From Octopus vulgaris (lineage: Eukaryota): a stretch of 64,000 nucleotides of DNA. Shown here piece by piece: positions 12,581 through 26,010 of the stretch. The stretch spans positions 24,304,001 through 24,368,000 of the forward strand of contig OX597818.1 of assembly GCA_951406725.2 (NCBI GenBank), written 5' to 3'. The notes beneath the pieces are model-generated. The model saw only the letters and a list, made by a program, of their open reading frames with translations. It did no database searches and was not told the DNA's origin. Position 1 is the first letter of the stretch; every line of letters begins with the position of its first letter. The translations under genes were made by a program, and so were the position numbers.

Positions 12581-12706
12581 TTCATATATAAGTGCCAATG
12601 CACGAAACTCTTAGACCTTGAGTCACTCTGCTACTTCTACTAAATATTAATAAAAAATATACACATACTCATATTTTGAGTTCTATTTTTCCTGTTTGCA
12701 CCAACA

Positions 12707-12767
12707 AATATATATACATACATACATATATATACATACATACATATATATACATACATACATATAT

Positions 12768-12833
<66 letters not shown>
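12707..12833. repeat. (TACA/TA)n microsatellite, Helitron array insertion site
   Basis: Directly visible; the repeat continues at 18570-18755. Confidence 0.9.
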
Positions 12834-12837
<4 letters not shown>

Positions 12838-13455
12838 TATTATAAAAGGCAGATTTTATCTGCCTCCCTTTGGGAGTTATACAAATCTACAATATAGGAT
12901 TTCTTCAATTACAATTTACCTAGCAATTTTAAGAATACAATGCATCGCGTCATGCCAGCTCCAGTTTTTAAAATTTAAACTCCAATTAAGCAAAATTTAC
13001 AGAAAACTCACATTCTGGTGTGTGTGTCAAATGCTTTTCTTAGTCTGGTTTACAGCACACGCAAACGCACACACACACTGTGTAACGAATAAAATGAAAC
13101 TAGATGTAATATTTGTTGCTGTCCATGAACGCTGATAGATACATGAGTAAAATGTATGGGAAGCTAACAAATAAGAGTGAGTGAAAATGTTCTTGGAAGA
13201 GAGTAAATTTGAAGCTTGAGAACAATCAGATACATTTGCAACACATCTGTTGAAAATATTATTATTCACACACATACATATACATATATACATACAGACA
13301 GACAGATAGACCCACACACACACACACACATGATCCAGCATGGCCACAACCTCAAGGCTGAAACATATAAAAGAATAACAGAATATAAATGTGTGCATGT
13401 GTGTGAGAGAGAGTGTGTGTGTATATGTATGTATGTATGTATGTATATATATATA

Positions 13456-14043
13456 ATAATGCGGTTTTTTCAACAGCTTGAACTAAAAGTCAGAGGGGAA
13501 TGGGATAAACTACTTATATTAACTTGCTATAAAAGCAGGTAGTAATTTTATCTTGTCCTTATTCATAGTGCAAGTTTTGAAGAGTGCATTTCGATTTTAA
13601 CAGCTATTTTTTTCAAAGCTATGTTGGAAGTAACAAAGGAGCATATTTGGCATATTTTGCTTTATGAGTTCAATAAAGACAACAACGCAACGGAAAGTAC
13701 AAGAAATATTAATGCAGTATATGGGGATTGGACAATAAGCGTAAGGCAGTGTCAATGGTGGTTCCAGAAATTCCGAGCCATAAACTACAGCCTAGAAGAC
13801 GAGCCTCATCCTGAAAGATCTGTAGAACTCGACAAGGACATCCTGAAAACCCTGGTGGAACAAAATCTCATCGTAACTGTTGAGGAACTAGCAGAGAAGT
13901 TTGGATTTGGTCATTCAACCATTCATTGAGACCTGTGTGCTATCGGAAAAGTCAGCAAATTGGGTCAATGGGTTCCTCACGAACGTTCCGAGTCTAATTG
14001 CATGCAGAGAGTGAATGTATGCTTTTCTTTGCTGTCACATCTC
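13456..14043 (+). mobile_element. Mariner transposase 5' fragment (HTH to WVPHE), Helitron cargo, unit 1
   Basis: ORF 13621-13929 (KEHIWHILLYEF...INAVYG..TISVRQCQWWFQKFR...LEDEP), then GQWVPHE in another frame. Confidence 0.85.
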
Positions 14044-15372
14044 ACCACTACTGCGCTATGTATATCTATATATATAAAACTGTAGTTGTGTGAGTGTCTG
14101 TCCCCTTCGATTTAGATTCCTAACTACTCCCACATTTTGCGGTGCAGTTTAACCAAATTCGGGTAGCTTATAGTCGTGATTCATATCGAGCCCGTCTGAG
14201 TATTAACGCGCGTCTACGATGAGTCTACGATTTTAAAAATAATTTAACATAATTTTTTATTCCATTTTAATGCATAATTTTTCGTGTGTCGATGGCGGTG
14301 GAGTTGGCGTCCACGCTCACACCTGCACCTGTGGGGAAGGGAGTGTAAGGAAATCAACGTCGTAATGCGTTGTCAAGGAGACCAGCGTTCTTTTAGAACA
14401 ACGACTTCATGGCTTGAAGACACCAAAACAGAAATGGCTAAGAAAGCGTCTACATGAGTCTACGATTTAAAAAAAAATTTACCATCGTTTTTTTTCCATT
14501 TTAATGCATTTTTTCGCTATTATATAAGGGAAGTAACTCTCTAAAAATGTCTACGATGAGTCAACGATTTAAAAAAAAATTTACCATCATATTTTTTCCA
14601 TTTTTAATGCATTTTTTGCTATTTTTTGGCTATAACTCTCTAAAAATGCTTATATAGTTATTTCCCTTACAAACCCGAGCAACGCCGGGCGATACTGCTA
14701 GTCTTATTATAAAAGGCAGATTTTATCTGCCTCCCTTTGGGAGTTATACAAATCTACAATATAGGATTTCTTCAATTACAATTTACCTAGCATTTTTAAG
14801 AGTACAATGCATCGCGTCATGCCAGGTCCAGTTTTTAAAATTTAAACTCCAATTAAGCAAAATTTACAGAAAACTCACATTCTGGTGTGTGTGTCAAATA
14901 CTTTTCTTAGTCTGGTTTACACCACACGCAAACGCACACACACAGTGTGCTACGAATAAAGTGAAACTAATTCAGTGTGTTGACAGGTAGACAATAGAAT
15001 GCGATGACGACTATGACGCTGATAGATACATGAGTAAAATGTATGGGAAGCTAACACATAAGAGCGAGTGAAAATGTTCTTGGAAGAGAGTAAATAGCCA
15101 GAGAGTAATAAAGTAAACATACACTCATACATACATACATACATACACACACATACACACACACATACATACATACACACACACATACATACATACACAC
15201 ATACATACATACATACATATACATACATACATATACATACATACACACACACACACATACACACAGTATTGAAGCTTGAGAACAATCAGATACATCTGCA
15301 ACACATCTGTTGAAAATATTATTGTTCACACACATACATATGCATATATACATACAGAGAGACAGACAGATA

Positions 15373-15406
<34 letters not shown>

Positions 15407-15525
15407 ATCCAGCATGGCCACAACCTCAAGGCTGAAACGTATAAAACAATAACAGAATATAAATGTGTGCATGTGTGTGAGAGAGAGAGTGTGTGTGTAT
15501 ATGTATGTATGTATGTATATATATA

Positions 15526-16115
15526 TAATAATGCGGTTTTTTCAACAGCTTGAACTAAATGTCAAGGGGAATGGGATAAACTACTTATATTAACTTGCTA
15601 TAAAAGCAGGTAGTAATTTTATCTTGTCCTTATTCATAGTGCAAGTTTTGAAGAGTGCATTTCGATTTTAACAGCTATTTTTTTCAAAGCTATATTGGAA
15701 GTAACAAAGGAGCATATTTGGCATATTTTGCTTTATGAGTTCAATAAAGACAACAACGCAACGGAAAGTACAAGAAATATTAATGCAGTATATGAGGATT
15801 GGACAATAAGCGTAAGGCAGTGTCAATGGTGGTTCCAGAAATTCCGAGCCATAAACTACAGCCTAGAAGACGAGCCTCATCCTGAAAGATCTGTAGAACT
15901 CGACAAGGACATCCTGAAAACCCTGGTGGAACAAAATCTCATCGTAACTGTTGAGGAACTAGCAGAGAAGCTTGGATTAGGTTCATTCAACCATTCATTG
16001 ACACCTGTGTGCTATCGGAAAAGTCAGCAAATTGGGTCAATGGGTTCCTCACGAACTTTCCGAGTCTAATTGCATGCAGAGAGTGAATGTATGCTTTTCT
16101 TTGCTGTCACATCTC
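15526..16115 (+). mobile_element. Mariner transposase fragment, unit 2
   Basis: ORF 15695-16069, near-identical to unit 1; WVPHEL present. Confidence 0.85.
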
Positions 16116-17218
16116 ACCACTACTGCGCTATGTATATCTATATATATAAAACTGTAGTTGTGTGAGTGTCTGTCCCCTTCGATTTAGATTCCTAACTACT
16201 CCCACATTTTGCGGTGCAGTTTAACCAAATTCGGGTAGCTTATAGTCGTGATTCATATCGAGCCCGTCTGACTATTAGCGCGCGTCAACGATCAGTCTAC
16301 GATTTTAAAAGTAATTTAACATCATTTTTTATTCCATTTTAATGCATAATTTTTCGTGTCGATGGTGGCGGAGTTGGCGTCCACGCTCACACCTGCACCT
16401 GTGGGGAAGGGAGTGTAAGGAAATCAACGTCGCAATGCGTTGTCAAGGAGACCAGCGTTCTTTTAGAACAACGATTTCATGGCTTGAAGACACCAAAACA
16501 GAAATGGCTAAGAAAGCGTCTACATGAGTCTACGATTTAAAAAAAAATTTACCATCGTTTTTTTTCCATTTTAATGCATTTTTTCGCTATTATATAAGGG
16601 AAGTAACTCTCTAAAAATGTCTACGATGAGTCAACGATTTAAAAAAAAATTTACCATCATATTTTTTCCATTTTTAATGCATTTTTTGCTATTTTTTGGC
16701 TATAACTCTAAAAATGCTTATATAGTTATTTCCCTTACAAACCCGAGCAACGCCGGGCGATACTGCTAGTCTTATTATAAAAGGCAGATTTTATCTGCCT
16801 CCCTTTGGGAGTTATACAAATCTACAATATAGGATTTCTTCAATTACAATTTACCTAGCAGTTTTAAGAGTACAATGCATCGCGTCATGCCAGGTCCAGT
16901 TTTTAAAATTTAAACTCCAATTAAGCAAAATTTACAGAGAACTCACATTCTGGTGTGTGTGTCAAATGCTTTTCTTAGTCTGGTTTACACCACACGCAAA
17001 CGCACACACACAGTGGGCAACGAATAAAATGAAAGTAAATAGCGACAGAGTGATTTGAGGAAGACTAAAGTGAAAGTATTCTGTCTATGACGCTGATAGA
17101 TACATGAGTAAAATGTATGGGAAGCTAAGAGCTAAGAGTGAGTGAAAATGTTCTTGGAAGAGAGTAATTAGTAATAAAGTAAACATACACTCATACATAC
17201 ATACATACATACATACAT

Positions 17219-17265
<47 letters not shown>

Positions 17266-17469
17266 TACACACACACATACATACATACACACATACATAC
17301 ATACATACACATACATACATACATACATATACATACATACATACACACACACATACACACACACACAGTATTGAAGCTTGAGAACAATCAGATACATTTG
17401 CAACACATCTGTTGAAAATATTATTGTTCACACATATACATATATACATACAGACAGACAGACAGATAG

Positions 17470-17500
<31 letters not shown>

Positions 17501-17564
17501 ATCCAGCATGGCCACAACCTCAAGGCTGAAACATATAAAAGAATAACAGAATATAAATGTGTGC

Positions 17565-17915
17565 AAAGTACAAGAAATATTAATGCAGTATATGGGGATT
17601 GGACAATAAGCGTAAGGCAGTGTCAATGGTGGTTCCAGAAATCCCGAGCCATAAACTACAGCCTAGAAGACGAGCCTCATCCTGAAAGATCTGTAGAACT
17701 CGACAAGGACATCCTGAAAACCCTGGTGGAACAAAATATCATCGTAACTGTTGAGGAACTAGCAGAGAAGCTTGGATTTGGTCATTCAACCATTCATTGA
17801 CACCTGTGTGCTATCGGAAAAGTCAGCAAATTGGGTCAATGGGTTCCTCACGAACTTTCCGAGTCTAATTGCATGCAGAGAGTGAATGTATGCTTTTCTT
17901 TGCTGTCATATCTCA
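17565..17915 (+). mobile_element. Mariner transposase fragment, unit 3, 5'-deleted
   Basis: AAATGTGTGC|AAAGTACAAG junction removes ~300 bp relative to units 1-2. Confidence 0.8.
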
Positions 17916-18667
17916 CCACTACTGCGCTATGTATATCTATATATATAAAACTGTAGTTGTGTGAGTGTCTGTCCCCTTCGATTTAGATTCCTAACTACTC
18001 CCACATTTTGCGGTACAGTTTAACCAAATTCGGGTAGCTTATAGTCGTGATTCATATCGAGCCCGTCTGAATATTAGCGCGCGTCTACGATGAGTCTACG
18101 ATTTTAAAAATAATTTAACATCATTTTTTATTCCATTTTAATGCATAATTTTTCGTGTCGATGGCGGCGGAGTTGGCGTCCACGCTCACACCTGCACCTG
18201 TGGGGAAGGGAGTGTAAGGAAATCAACGTCGTAATGCGTTGTCAAGGAGACCAGTGTTCTTTTAGAACAACGACTTCATGGCTTGAAGACACCAAAACAG
18301 AAATGGCTAAGAAAGCGTCTACATGAGTCTACGATTTAAAAAAAAATTTACCATCGTTTTTTTTCCATTTTAATGCATTTTTCGCTATTATATAAGGGAA
18401 GTAACTTTCTAAAAATGTCTACGATGAGTCAACGATTTTAAAAAAAATTTACCATAATTTTTTTCCCATTTTTAATGCATTTTTTGCTATTTTTTGGCTA
18501 TAACTCTCTAAAAATGCTTATATAGTTATTTCCCTTACAAACCCGAGCAACGCCGGGCGATACTGCTAGTATATATATATATACACATACATACATACAT
18601 ATATATATATATACATACATACATACATACACACACACACATACATACATACACACACACATACATA

Positions 18668-18705
<38 letters not shown>

Positions 18706-18761
18706 TACATACATACATACATACATACATACATACATACATACATACATACACGTATAAC

Positions 18762-18950
18762 ATTATCATCATTTGACATCCGTTTTCCATGCTGGCATGG
18801 CTTGTATGGTTCCACAGAAGACTGCACCAATCCTTGCTCTCTGCTTTGGTATGGTTTCTATGGCTGGGTGCTCTTCTAAAATGTACTCAGTACAACCAGA
18901 GTGTACTGGGTGCTTTTATATGGCACCAACAGTAGTGAGTCACCAAGTAA
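18762..18950 (-). mobile_element. RTE/SINE 3' tail fragment
   Basis: (ATC)n then CCGTTTTCCATGCTGGCATGG. Confidence 0.7.
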
Positions 18951-20148
18951 CTTGGAAGACAAGATCTTTTGACTCAGTGGGTGGGAAGGAGTAGTATTGA
19001 GGGAATGAAAAAGGAGTCTTGCATCAGAGGGAGGATATGCTGTGAGAAAGAGATTCAATATGTGTGCAGGTAGGTATGTGAGGGAGAGTGGGGGAATGCA
19101 GCAATCAGTGAGTATGGGTGAGGAAAAAAAGGGTGTTAGGAAGATGTTTTGTAGGGGAAGTTTGTCAGGGGTCAGGTTGTGTTGGGGAAGGAGTGCATTG
19201 ATATAAAGGATATGCCTTTATGACTTCAATTTTACTGAGCTAGACAGGTATCTTTTACTTCCAAGCTTATTGGTCAACCTGCTACTATGGTAGAGAATAC
19301 CATTGAGCATGGCTGTGTGTTTAAAATATAAGACTTGCATTCACTTGTCTTCTTTCTTTCATAGTCTCAGGCCAAGTCAAGCCCTTTAAAGGAAACTACG
19401 TAGACAGAAACTGAGCAGAAACCCATTGGATAGACTATACCCTTTCCTGAGTCATAGATTTCATAATGTTACCACTAGACCTTTGATTGCCTTTAGCAGT
19501 CTCCTTTGAAAACATGCAGGTATAGGTTCAGTTTCACTGCATGGCACTTAAGACAAGTATTTTGAGTGAATTTTTGCTAGATGAAAGCTGTCATATGTAT
19601 GCATGTGTGTGTGCATGCACACACGTACTCATGTGCATGCATAAGTGTGTGTGCTTGTGTCTCCTGTCTTGACATTTGCACACTGATTGTAAATAAAATC
19701 AACATTCATACAAAAATAGGGTCTTTTGTTCGCAATCTTCCACGAAATACAATACCAGCTATCAAGCTGTTCATGATCAAAGGAAACAGGTGGGATTTGG
19801 CAATAGGAAAAGCATCAAGCCAAAGAAAAGATTGCCTCAGAGAGTTTTGTAAAAATAATGATGAAGATAAAGATAATAATTTGTGTATATGTGCATGTGT
19901 TAGTAAATATATTTCGTCATGAAACTTTTTTGCACATGATACATATATTATAGAAGAAAATGGATATAATAACATTGGAAAACTCATGGTTTTCACTGGT
20001 ATGCCTTTAATTAATTAGATAACAAAGAAGGAAGAAGCAGAGATGGAGATGGCATTTATGATTGTTTCAATTTACTAGTTTAAGTAGATCTCTTCAGAAT
20101 GCGAATATTATCCCTTAGGGGTATTAAACACCTCTAACTGATACCTAC

Positions 20149-20207
<59 letters not shown>

Positions 20208-21088
20208 TAAGTATTTCAGCATTAGGACACCGTTCTTCACTACTGCGACATCAACACAAAATATGTAGGATAATGAGAATATTATACACAAGGACTCTTT
20301 AATTTTTTTTTTACCAAACCAATTATAGAGATTTATACTAAAATCAAAAAAACTATCATTAACATTGTGAATTAATGTTACATATGAAGGTATTAGTATT
20401 ATATAATTACTGAAAAATTTACAAAATTTGTTTCCTGACTTCTAAAGGATTTTGATTTAATGAAACTTAAGTTGGATCTTCTTAGAGACTGATAACTGAG
20501 AGAGTTGCAGCAGAAATATCCCAAACTGTCCAGAGCTATCTTTACAACATGTATGTCTGCACACACAACATATTCACATATATGCAGGTTTTGTACAAAT
20601 ATGAACTGTGTATTACTGTATCATTGGTTCAGTTGTTATAAAACCATATCATTATCAGAAGCTAAATATAAAGAATGTAAGAAGAATAAAATGAAGTAGA
20701 GAAAAGAAGATGAATAAAGCATACTAGAGAGTGTCTCCAACCACTGGTAAAGTTGATTTTGAAGGTCTCAGCCAGAAGTTTCTGGTTAATTTTTACTAAG
20801 ATTAAATACAACATTCATACTGATAATGTAAATGTAGGAGGTTGGAAATTTTTGCCAATGTTTGTCATTGGTTCCATTAGTTTATCAACTGTTTGGGTGC
20901 ATAAATACATCAGACTGCATGTTAGGGTCTTATAACTATTTTGATGGTGCCTGTGCTGAAATAGAATTCATGTTGGAGAGTAGTGCTCCAGTTCTGCTGA
21001 TGATTGTAGTGAAGCTGTTTTAACAGGAATCATAAACACAGGCAACAAAGCCAAAATCAAAATATTTAGTTTCAAACAACTCTGAATA

Positions 21089-21594
21089 TCTATATATATA
21101 AAACTCTAGTTGTGTGAGTGTCTGTCCCCTTCGATTTAGATTCCTAACTCCTCCCACATTTTGCGGTGCAGTTTAACCAAATTCGGGTATCTTATAGTTG
21201 TGATTCATATTGAGCCTGTCTGACTATTAGCGCGTGTCAACGATGAGTCTACGATTTTAAAAATAATTTAACATCATTTTTTATTCCATTTTAATGCATA
21301 AAATGCATCGTGTGTCGATGGCGGCGGAGTTGGCGTCCACGCTCACAGCTGCACCTGTTTGCTTCTCCCCCTTCCCTCCCTCGTGAAGCTGTGGGGAAGG
21401 GAGTGTAAAGAAATCAACGTCGTAATGCGTTGTGAAGGAAACCAGTGTTCTTTTAGAACAACGACTTCATGGCTTGAAGACACCAAAACAAAAATGGCTA
21501 AGAAAGCCCGAATTTATAAGGGAAGTAACTCTCTAAAAATGCTTATATAGTTATTTCCCTTACAAACCCGAGCAACGCCGGGCGATACTGCTAG
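21089..21594 (+). mobile_element. Solo non-autonomous Helitron
   Basis: A|TCTATATATATAAAAC ... CCCGAGCAACGCCGGG CGATACTGCTAG|T; same family as the inner 3' part of each array unit (starts 14065, 16137, 17936). Confidence 0.85.
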
Positions 21595-22564
21595 TAAAAC
21601 ATAAATTAATTAGGTACATTTTGAGAGACCATACTTGAGAGAATTTGTATGCATTTGTTTGAAAATAGCTTATATGAACATTTGACTGAAGATGGCTTCA
21701 AGTGGAACTTAATAGAGCAAAGGGTACTAATGTTGAAAACTAAAGATCACTGGTTCTCTCTTTGGTAGTTTACAAGCATTTAACCCATAACCATCAACAT
21801 GTGAACACTTAGTAGGAGAAAAGCTAGAAAAGGTTAAGTTAGAGCCAACATCTCAGTGTTGGTAGAAGTGATGGTAACAGGAATATGTAGGCAACTATTA
21901 CTCACTGATATGTCAGCAATAAGAAAAATATACAAATACCACAACTGTTTCATAGTATATTTTTCAAAGACAAGAATAAGCTATATATCCAAGCAACTGC
22001 ATGAATAATTAAAGCAAGGATAACTTCAATGAAGGCAATTAATTATTTCAGAGTAGTATTAATGTTTTTTCTGAAGAAATTGAAGTATTCCACTCAAAGA
22101 CATTACTATAAAAAAAAAAAAAAAAAAAACAACAAAAAAACCTTTGTTCATTTTATTATTTTTTCCTTCCGCAGAAGTAATACTCTTAATAAATCTTCAT
22201 TTTAACTATACATCTTACAACAAAAAGTTCATATGTTCATAAAGTGTTAAAAGAAATAAAATCAGCTCTTGAAAAATAAAACTGCAGAATAACATTGAAC
22301 ATAAGTTTTATTTAAGTAAATATTAATTGCTACAATGTAGCTGCGATAAGCTATAGTGACTATTATAAAGAGAACATATGACATGAGGCTTTAAATATGA
22401 TACCAAAAAAATATATGCAAAAATAAAACATAGAAAGACAAATGATAGGAATAAACTCAATGTTGTGAAAGTCATAAATACACTCACACACAAATATTAG
22501 CATGCATGTATTTACAACAAATACAAGTAATTATGTATGTATGTGTGTGTGTGTGTGTGTGTGT

Positions 22565-22971
22565 ATTCTCTTTTACTCTTTTATCTTTTACTTGTTTCAG
22601 TCATTTGACTGTGGCCATGCTGGAGCACTGCTTTTAGTCAAGCAAATCAACCCCAGGACTTATTCTTTGGAAGCCTAGCACTTATTATATCAAACTCTTT
22701 TGCCGAACCGCTAAGTTACAGGGACGTAAACACACCACCACCGGTTGTCAAGTGATGTTGGTGGGAGACAAACACAGACACACACACATACATACATATA
22801 TATATATACATATATACGACAGGCTTCTTTCAGTTTCCGTCTACCAAATCCACTCACAAGGCTTTGGTCAGCCCGAGGCTATAGAAGAAGACACTTGCTC
22901 AAGTGCCACGCAGTGGGAATGAACCATGTGGTTGGTAAGCAAGCTACTTACCACACAGCCACTCCTGCACC
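22565..22971 (-). mobile_element. tRNA-derived SINE (octopus OK-like)
   Basis: Reverse complement head GGTGCAGGAGTGGCTGTGTGGTAAGTAGCTTGC; tail ATGACTGAAACAAGTAAAAGA. Confidence 0.8.
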
Positions 22972-23044
22972 TATATATATATGAAATCAATAGAATGAGA
23001 TAAACGTCCAAGGCTGTGAAAGATTTCAGAACATTTATAAAGAG

Positions 23045-23092
23045 GTCTTACAGCTGTTTCCAGGATATTTTATATATCCCTTCATCGGAGAC
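23045..23092 (-). ncRNA. Minimal type I hammerhead ribozyme (Penelope pLTR type)
   Basis: Minus strand GTCT-CCGATGA-AGGGATAT ATAAA ATATCCTG-GAAA-CAGCTG-TA-AGAC; one core change (U4C), palindromic ACAGCTGT, GUA site. Confidence 0.65.
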
Positions 23093-23262
23093 AGTGCAAG
23101 AAAACGGTTAAGCAATAGTTATTCTAGAGAAGATATGAAATAGAGAATGAAGTGGAGGAATGAAAACAGATATGAGATATGCAGGGATATTGTATCTGCA
23201 GTTCCATTATTTAAGCAGAATGATGTACATATAATTTTCCTGTGCCTTGTGTGTAAGTTCCA

Positions 23263-23340
23263 ATAGTATTTAAAATTGGTCATTCCAAGCATAGAGTTTG
23301 TACAAACTCTATGCTTGGAATGACCAATTTTAAATACTAT
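23263..23340. repeat. Perfect 78-bp palindrome with no spacer
   Basis: 39-bp arms centred on TTTGT|ACAAA. Confidence 0.9.
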
Positions 23341-24230
23341 ATATATGTGTGCGTATGTGTATATACACATATATATATATATATATATATACATATGTAT
23401 ACGTGTATACACATTTATATATGTGGGCATGTATTTGCGTACATATTTATTTGCATATTTGTATGTGTGTCTATATGTGTGTGTATTTGTATGTATGCTT
23501 GTATTTATGTAGATATACATGTAATTTTATAAGTGCGTTTTTATATGTGTATGTTTCGCAAGCTGAATGAAGTATCTAACTTTTGTTATACACTTATTTG
23601 AATCATTTCACTCTCTCTATCTCTATCTATTTTTCCCTTTCTCTCTCTACTTCTTTTTCCCTTTTTTCTTTCCCCCACCACCACTTGTTATTATCTGATT
23701 TTTTCCTTTTATTTCTTTTGCCTGTAACAACTAACTTGTATAAGCATACACCAAAAGATTTTGTATGCGTGTGTGTGTGCATGCATACATATATATACAT
23801 TTGTATATATTTATATTTTACCTATATATGTCTGTATATGTAAGTAGCTGTGTACCTACATCTGTATGTCTAGTGTATATATGTATATTATAGATTATTT
23901 GACATGTGTATATATTGCTAAATGTATATGTAATCTAGCATGAAACTTTTTTAAACAGATGTCTTTTAATTTATTAATTTATTATTATTTTTACAGCTAA
24001 TTATTTACCCTGAGTATTCAGGACTTTTTCCTTCTTTATAAGCTATTTTTGATTTAAGGTTTTCTTCGATTCTTATAATAATGATTTTAAACTGCAATTT
24101 GTTATTTCATGCAACTGGTTACTGAAAAGATCATTTGTTGAAAGGACCAATGAAACAAAATCATTTTCAAATGTGTATCTATCAAATAATTGTATTTCTG
24201 CATATAACTTTATCTTGCTCCATTCTAAAC

Positions 24231-24276
24231 AAAATTATCTGACGAATGGGAACATGAAACTCTGAGTAACAGTTTT
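24231..24276 (+). ncRNA. Minimal hammerhead-like motif
   Basis: CTGACGA-ATG GGAA CAT-GAAA-CTC T GAG-TA-ACAGTTTT; intact core, weak stems. Confidence 0.45.
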
Positions 24277-24375
24277 TGTGATATTTTTGCTGCTTTTTAA
24301 TAAAGCATATTACTCTACCTCTGGTATTCGAGTACTATTTTTTTCCACCTTGTTTCGCATTTATATGCTTACTCT

Positions 24376-24413
<38 letters not shown>

Positions 24414-24484
24414 TGAGTCAGACGCCATGATAAATCGTTAGCCACTACACACATTTTTTTTCTCTCCTTGTTTTTTCTGTGTAC

Positions 24485-24520
24485 CTTTCTGTAGAAGAGC
24501 GCAGGCTCGAAACATAAAAG
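24485..24520 (+). ncRNA. Degenerate minimal hammerhead motif in a Penelope-like terminal repeat
   Basis: CTTT-CTGTAGA-AGAGC GCAG GCTC-GAAA-CAT-A-AAAG. Confidence 0.4.
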
Positions 24521-25307
24521 ACTTTTTCTATTACTGAGCACTATACTAATACATCTGTTTGTTTTGTACACCACCTGTCTTCGTCTTTTGTTTTTTTTTG
24601 TAAACTTTCCCTATATATATATATATATATGTATTCATATATTATACACATATACACGTATGTGTGTCAGAGAGAGAAAAAGAGTGTCTGCAAACAGTGC
24701 AGAAGACATTCTAATTAAAAAGTTCAGCACAGTTGGGGTGGAAGCTGGTGGTTTTAAAAAGGCCATATATCTGAGCTGTTAACATAAGGTAGCCAGGTGG
24801 GCTTATAGTAGTTCTTATGTAAGCTCAGTTACTGCTCTGTTAGTTGGAGGTAAAAACTGTGTTTGAATTGATGGTCTGCTGCACAATGTTGCTATGTTTT
24901 GATACTGTATAGTCTGCTGTCTGTTACTTCTATGCCTGTAGTGATTACTACTGTGATGAGGGCTACCAGAAACACTGACTACTGATTCATTATGTTGCCC
25001 TGTACACAGAGACTTGCTTCCACATGTCTGAACTGGCTCTATCAGTGTGGGCTGAGCAGCATGCCCATTGAAGACTACCAACAATTCCAGTTAGTAAACT
25101 TCTTTATAATACTCCATCTTAACAGTGATGTTTGTTAGTACAACATCAGTCTGAGTTACTGGTGGGTGTAGGCACATTTATTGATGAAGTAGATGTACTA
25201 ATAAGCCTGAAATGTGATGACATACAAATATCTGTTGACACTAATGCAGATTAATGGGCCAATGTACCAGCTGAGTGGCACTTTTGTTAATACCAGATGA
25301 TCTAGAC

Positions 25308-25618
25308 CAGTAGTTCCCAAACTTTTTCAAGCTACTGCTCCCTTCATATCAATGGCCTCATTCCTAGCTCCCCACCCCAACTAACCATCACAAATATAAA
25401 CCTCTTTCTGAAGCAAATTCAAAGCAACTGTATTTCACAAATAAAACTCAACCTAATGAATTCATTATTTTGTTGTTTTTACATGAATCATTACCCCATT
25501 ATCACCCAAATTTTTACATGAATTGCTACCCTATTATCACCCCACTTTTCTTTCAATGTCCCCTTGGAACTTTCCCCCACCTCTAGGGGTGCAATACCAC
25601 CCACTTTGGGAACCACTG
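25308..25618. mobile_element. hAT (Charlie-like) MITE
   Basis: TIRs CAGTAGTTCCCAAA / TTTGGGAACCACTG; perfect 8-bp TSD ATCTAGAC at 25300 and 25619. Confidence 0.9.
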
Positions 25619-25736
25619 ATCTAGACCAATAAACAAACTGTTGCATAAGTTGATTGATCCAAAAGAAAATTATGTAGACAGATTTATTGTCATGGCAGGC
25701 ACTAATGTGTCTACCATGACAATACTACCAACTATG

Positions 25737-26010
25737 TTAGGGTGTCTGGCCAAGCAGCTAGGGTGTCGTGCTCACGATTGAGAGATCATGGTTTCGATTC
25801 CTGGATCAGGCAGTGTACTGTGTTCTTGAGCACAACACTTCATATCACCTTACTCTGCAATTATTTCAGTATCTGATGTCTGACACACCATGCCTCATAG
25901 AGGCAATGTCAATTTGATGGGGGGAGTGAGCTCACGTACAGTACATACATTTGATCATGATAGACAAATCATCTGAACAGGTTGTTCAACAAGAAATTGC
26001 AGAGTCATCT
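25737..26010 (+). mobile_element. tRNA-derived SINE
   Basis: GGTTTCGATTCC B-box; paralog of 12310-12580. Confidence 0.7.

Larger units (their letters stand above)
12835..18569 (+). mobile_element. Three head-to-tail copies of a composite non-autonomous Helitron (12835-14701, 14702-16769, 16770-18569)
   Basis: Each unit starts TCTTATTATAAAAGGCAG and ends with the hairpin CCCG-AGCAACGC-CGGG then GCTAG; junctions read CTAG|TC; no TSD; T follows the last CTAG. Confidence 0.85.

Noticed and set aside
16342-16527. 61-aa ORFs repeated at 16342, 18141 and 21359
   Set aside because: Incidental frames inside the non-autonomous Helitron, with no Rep or helicase motifs.
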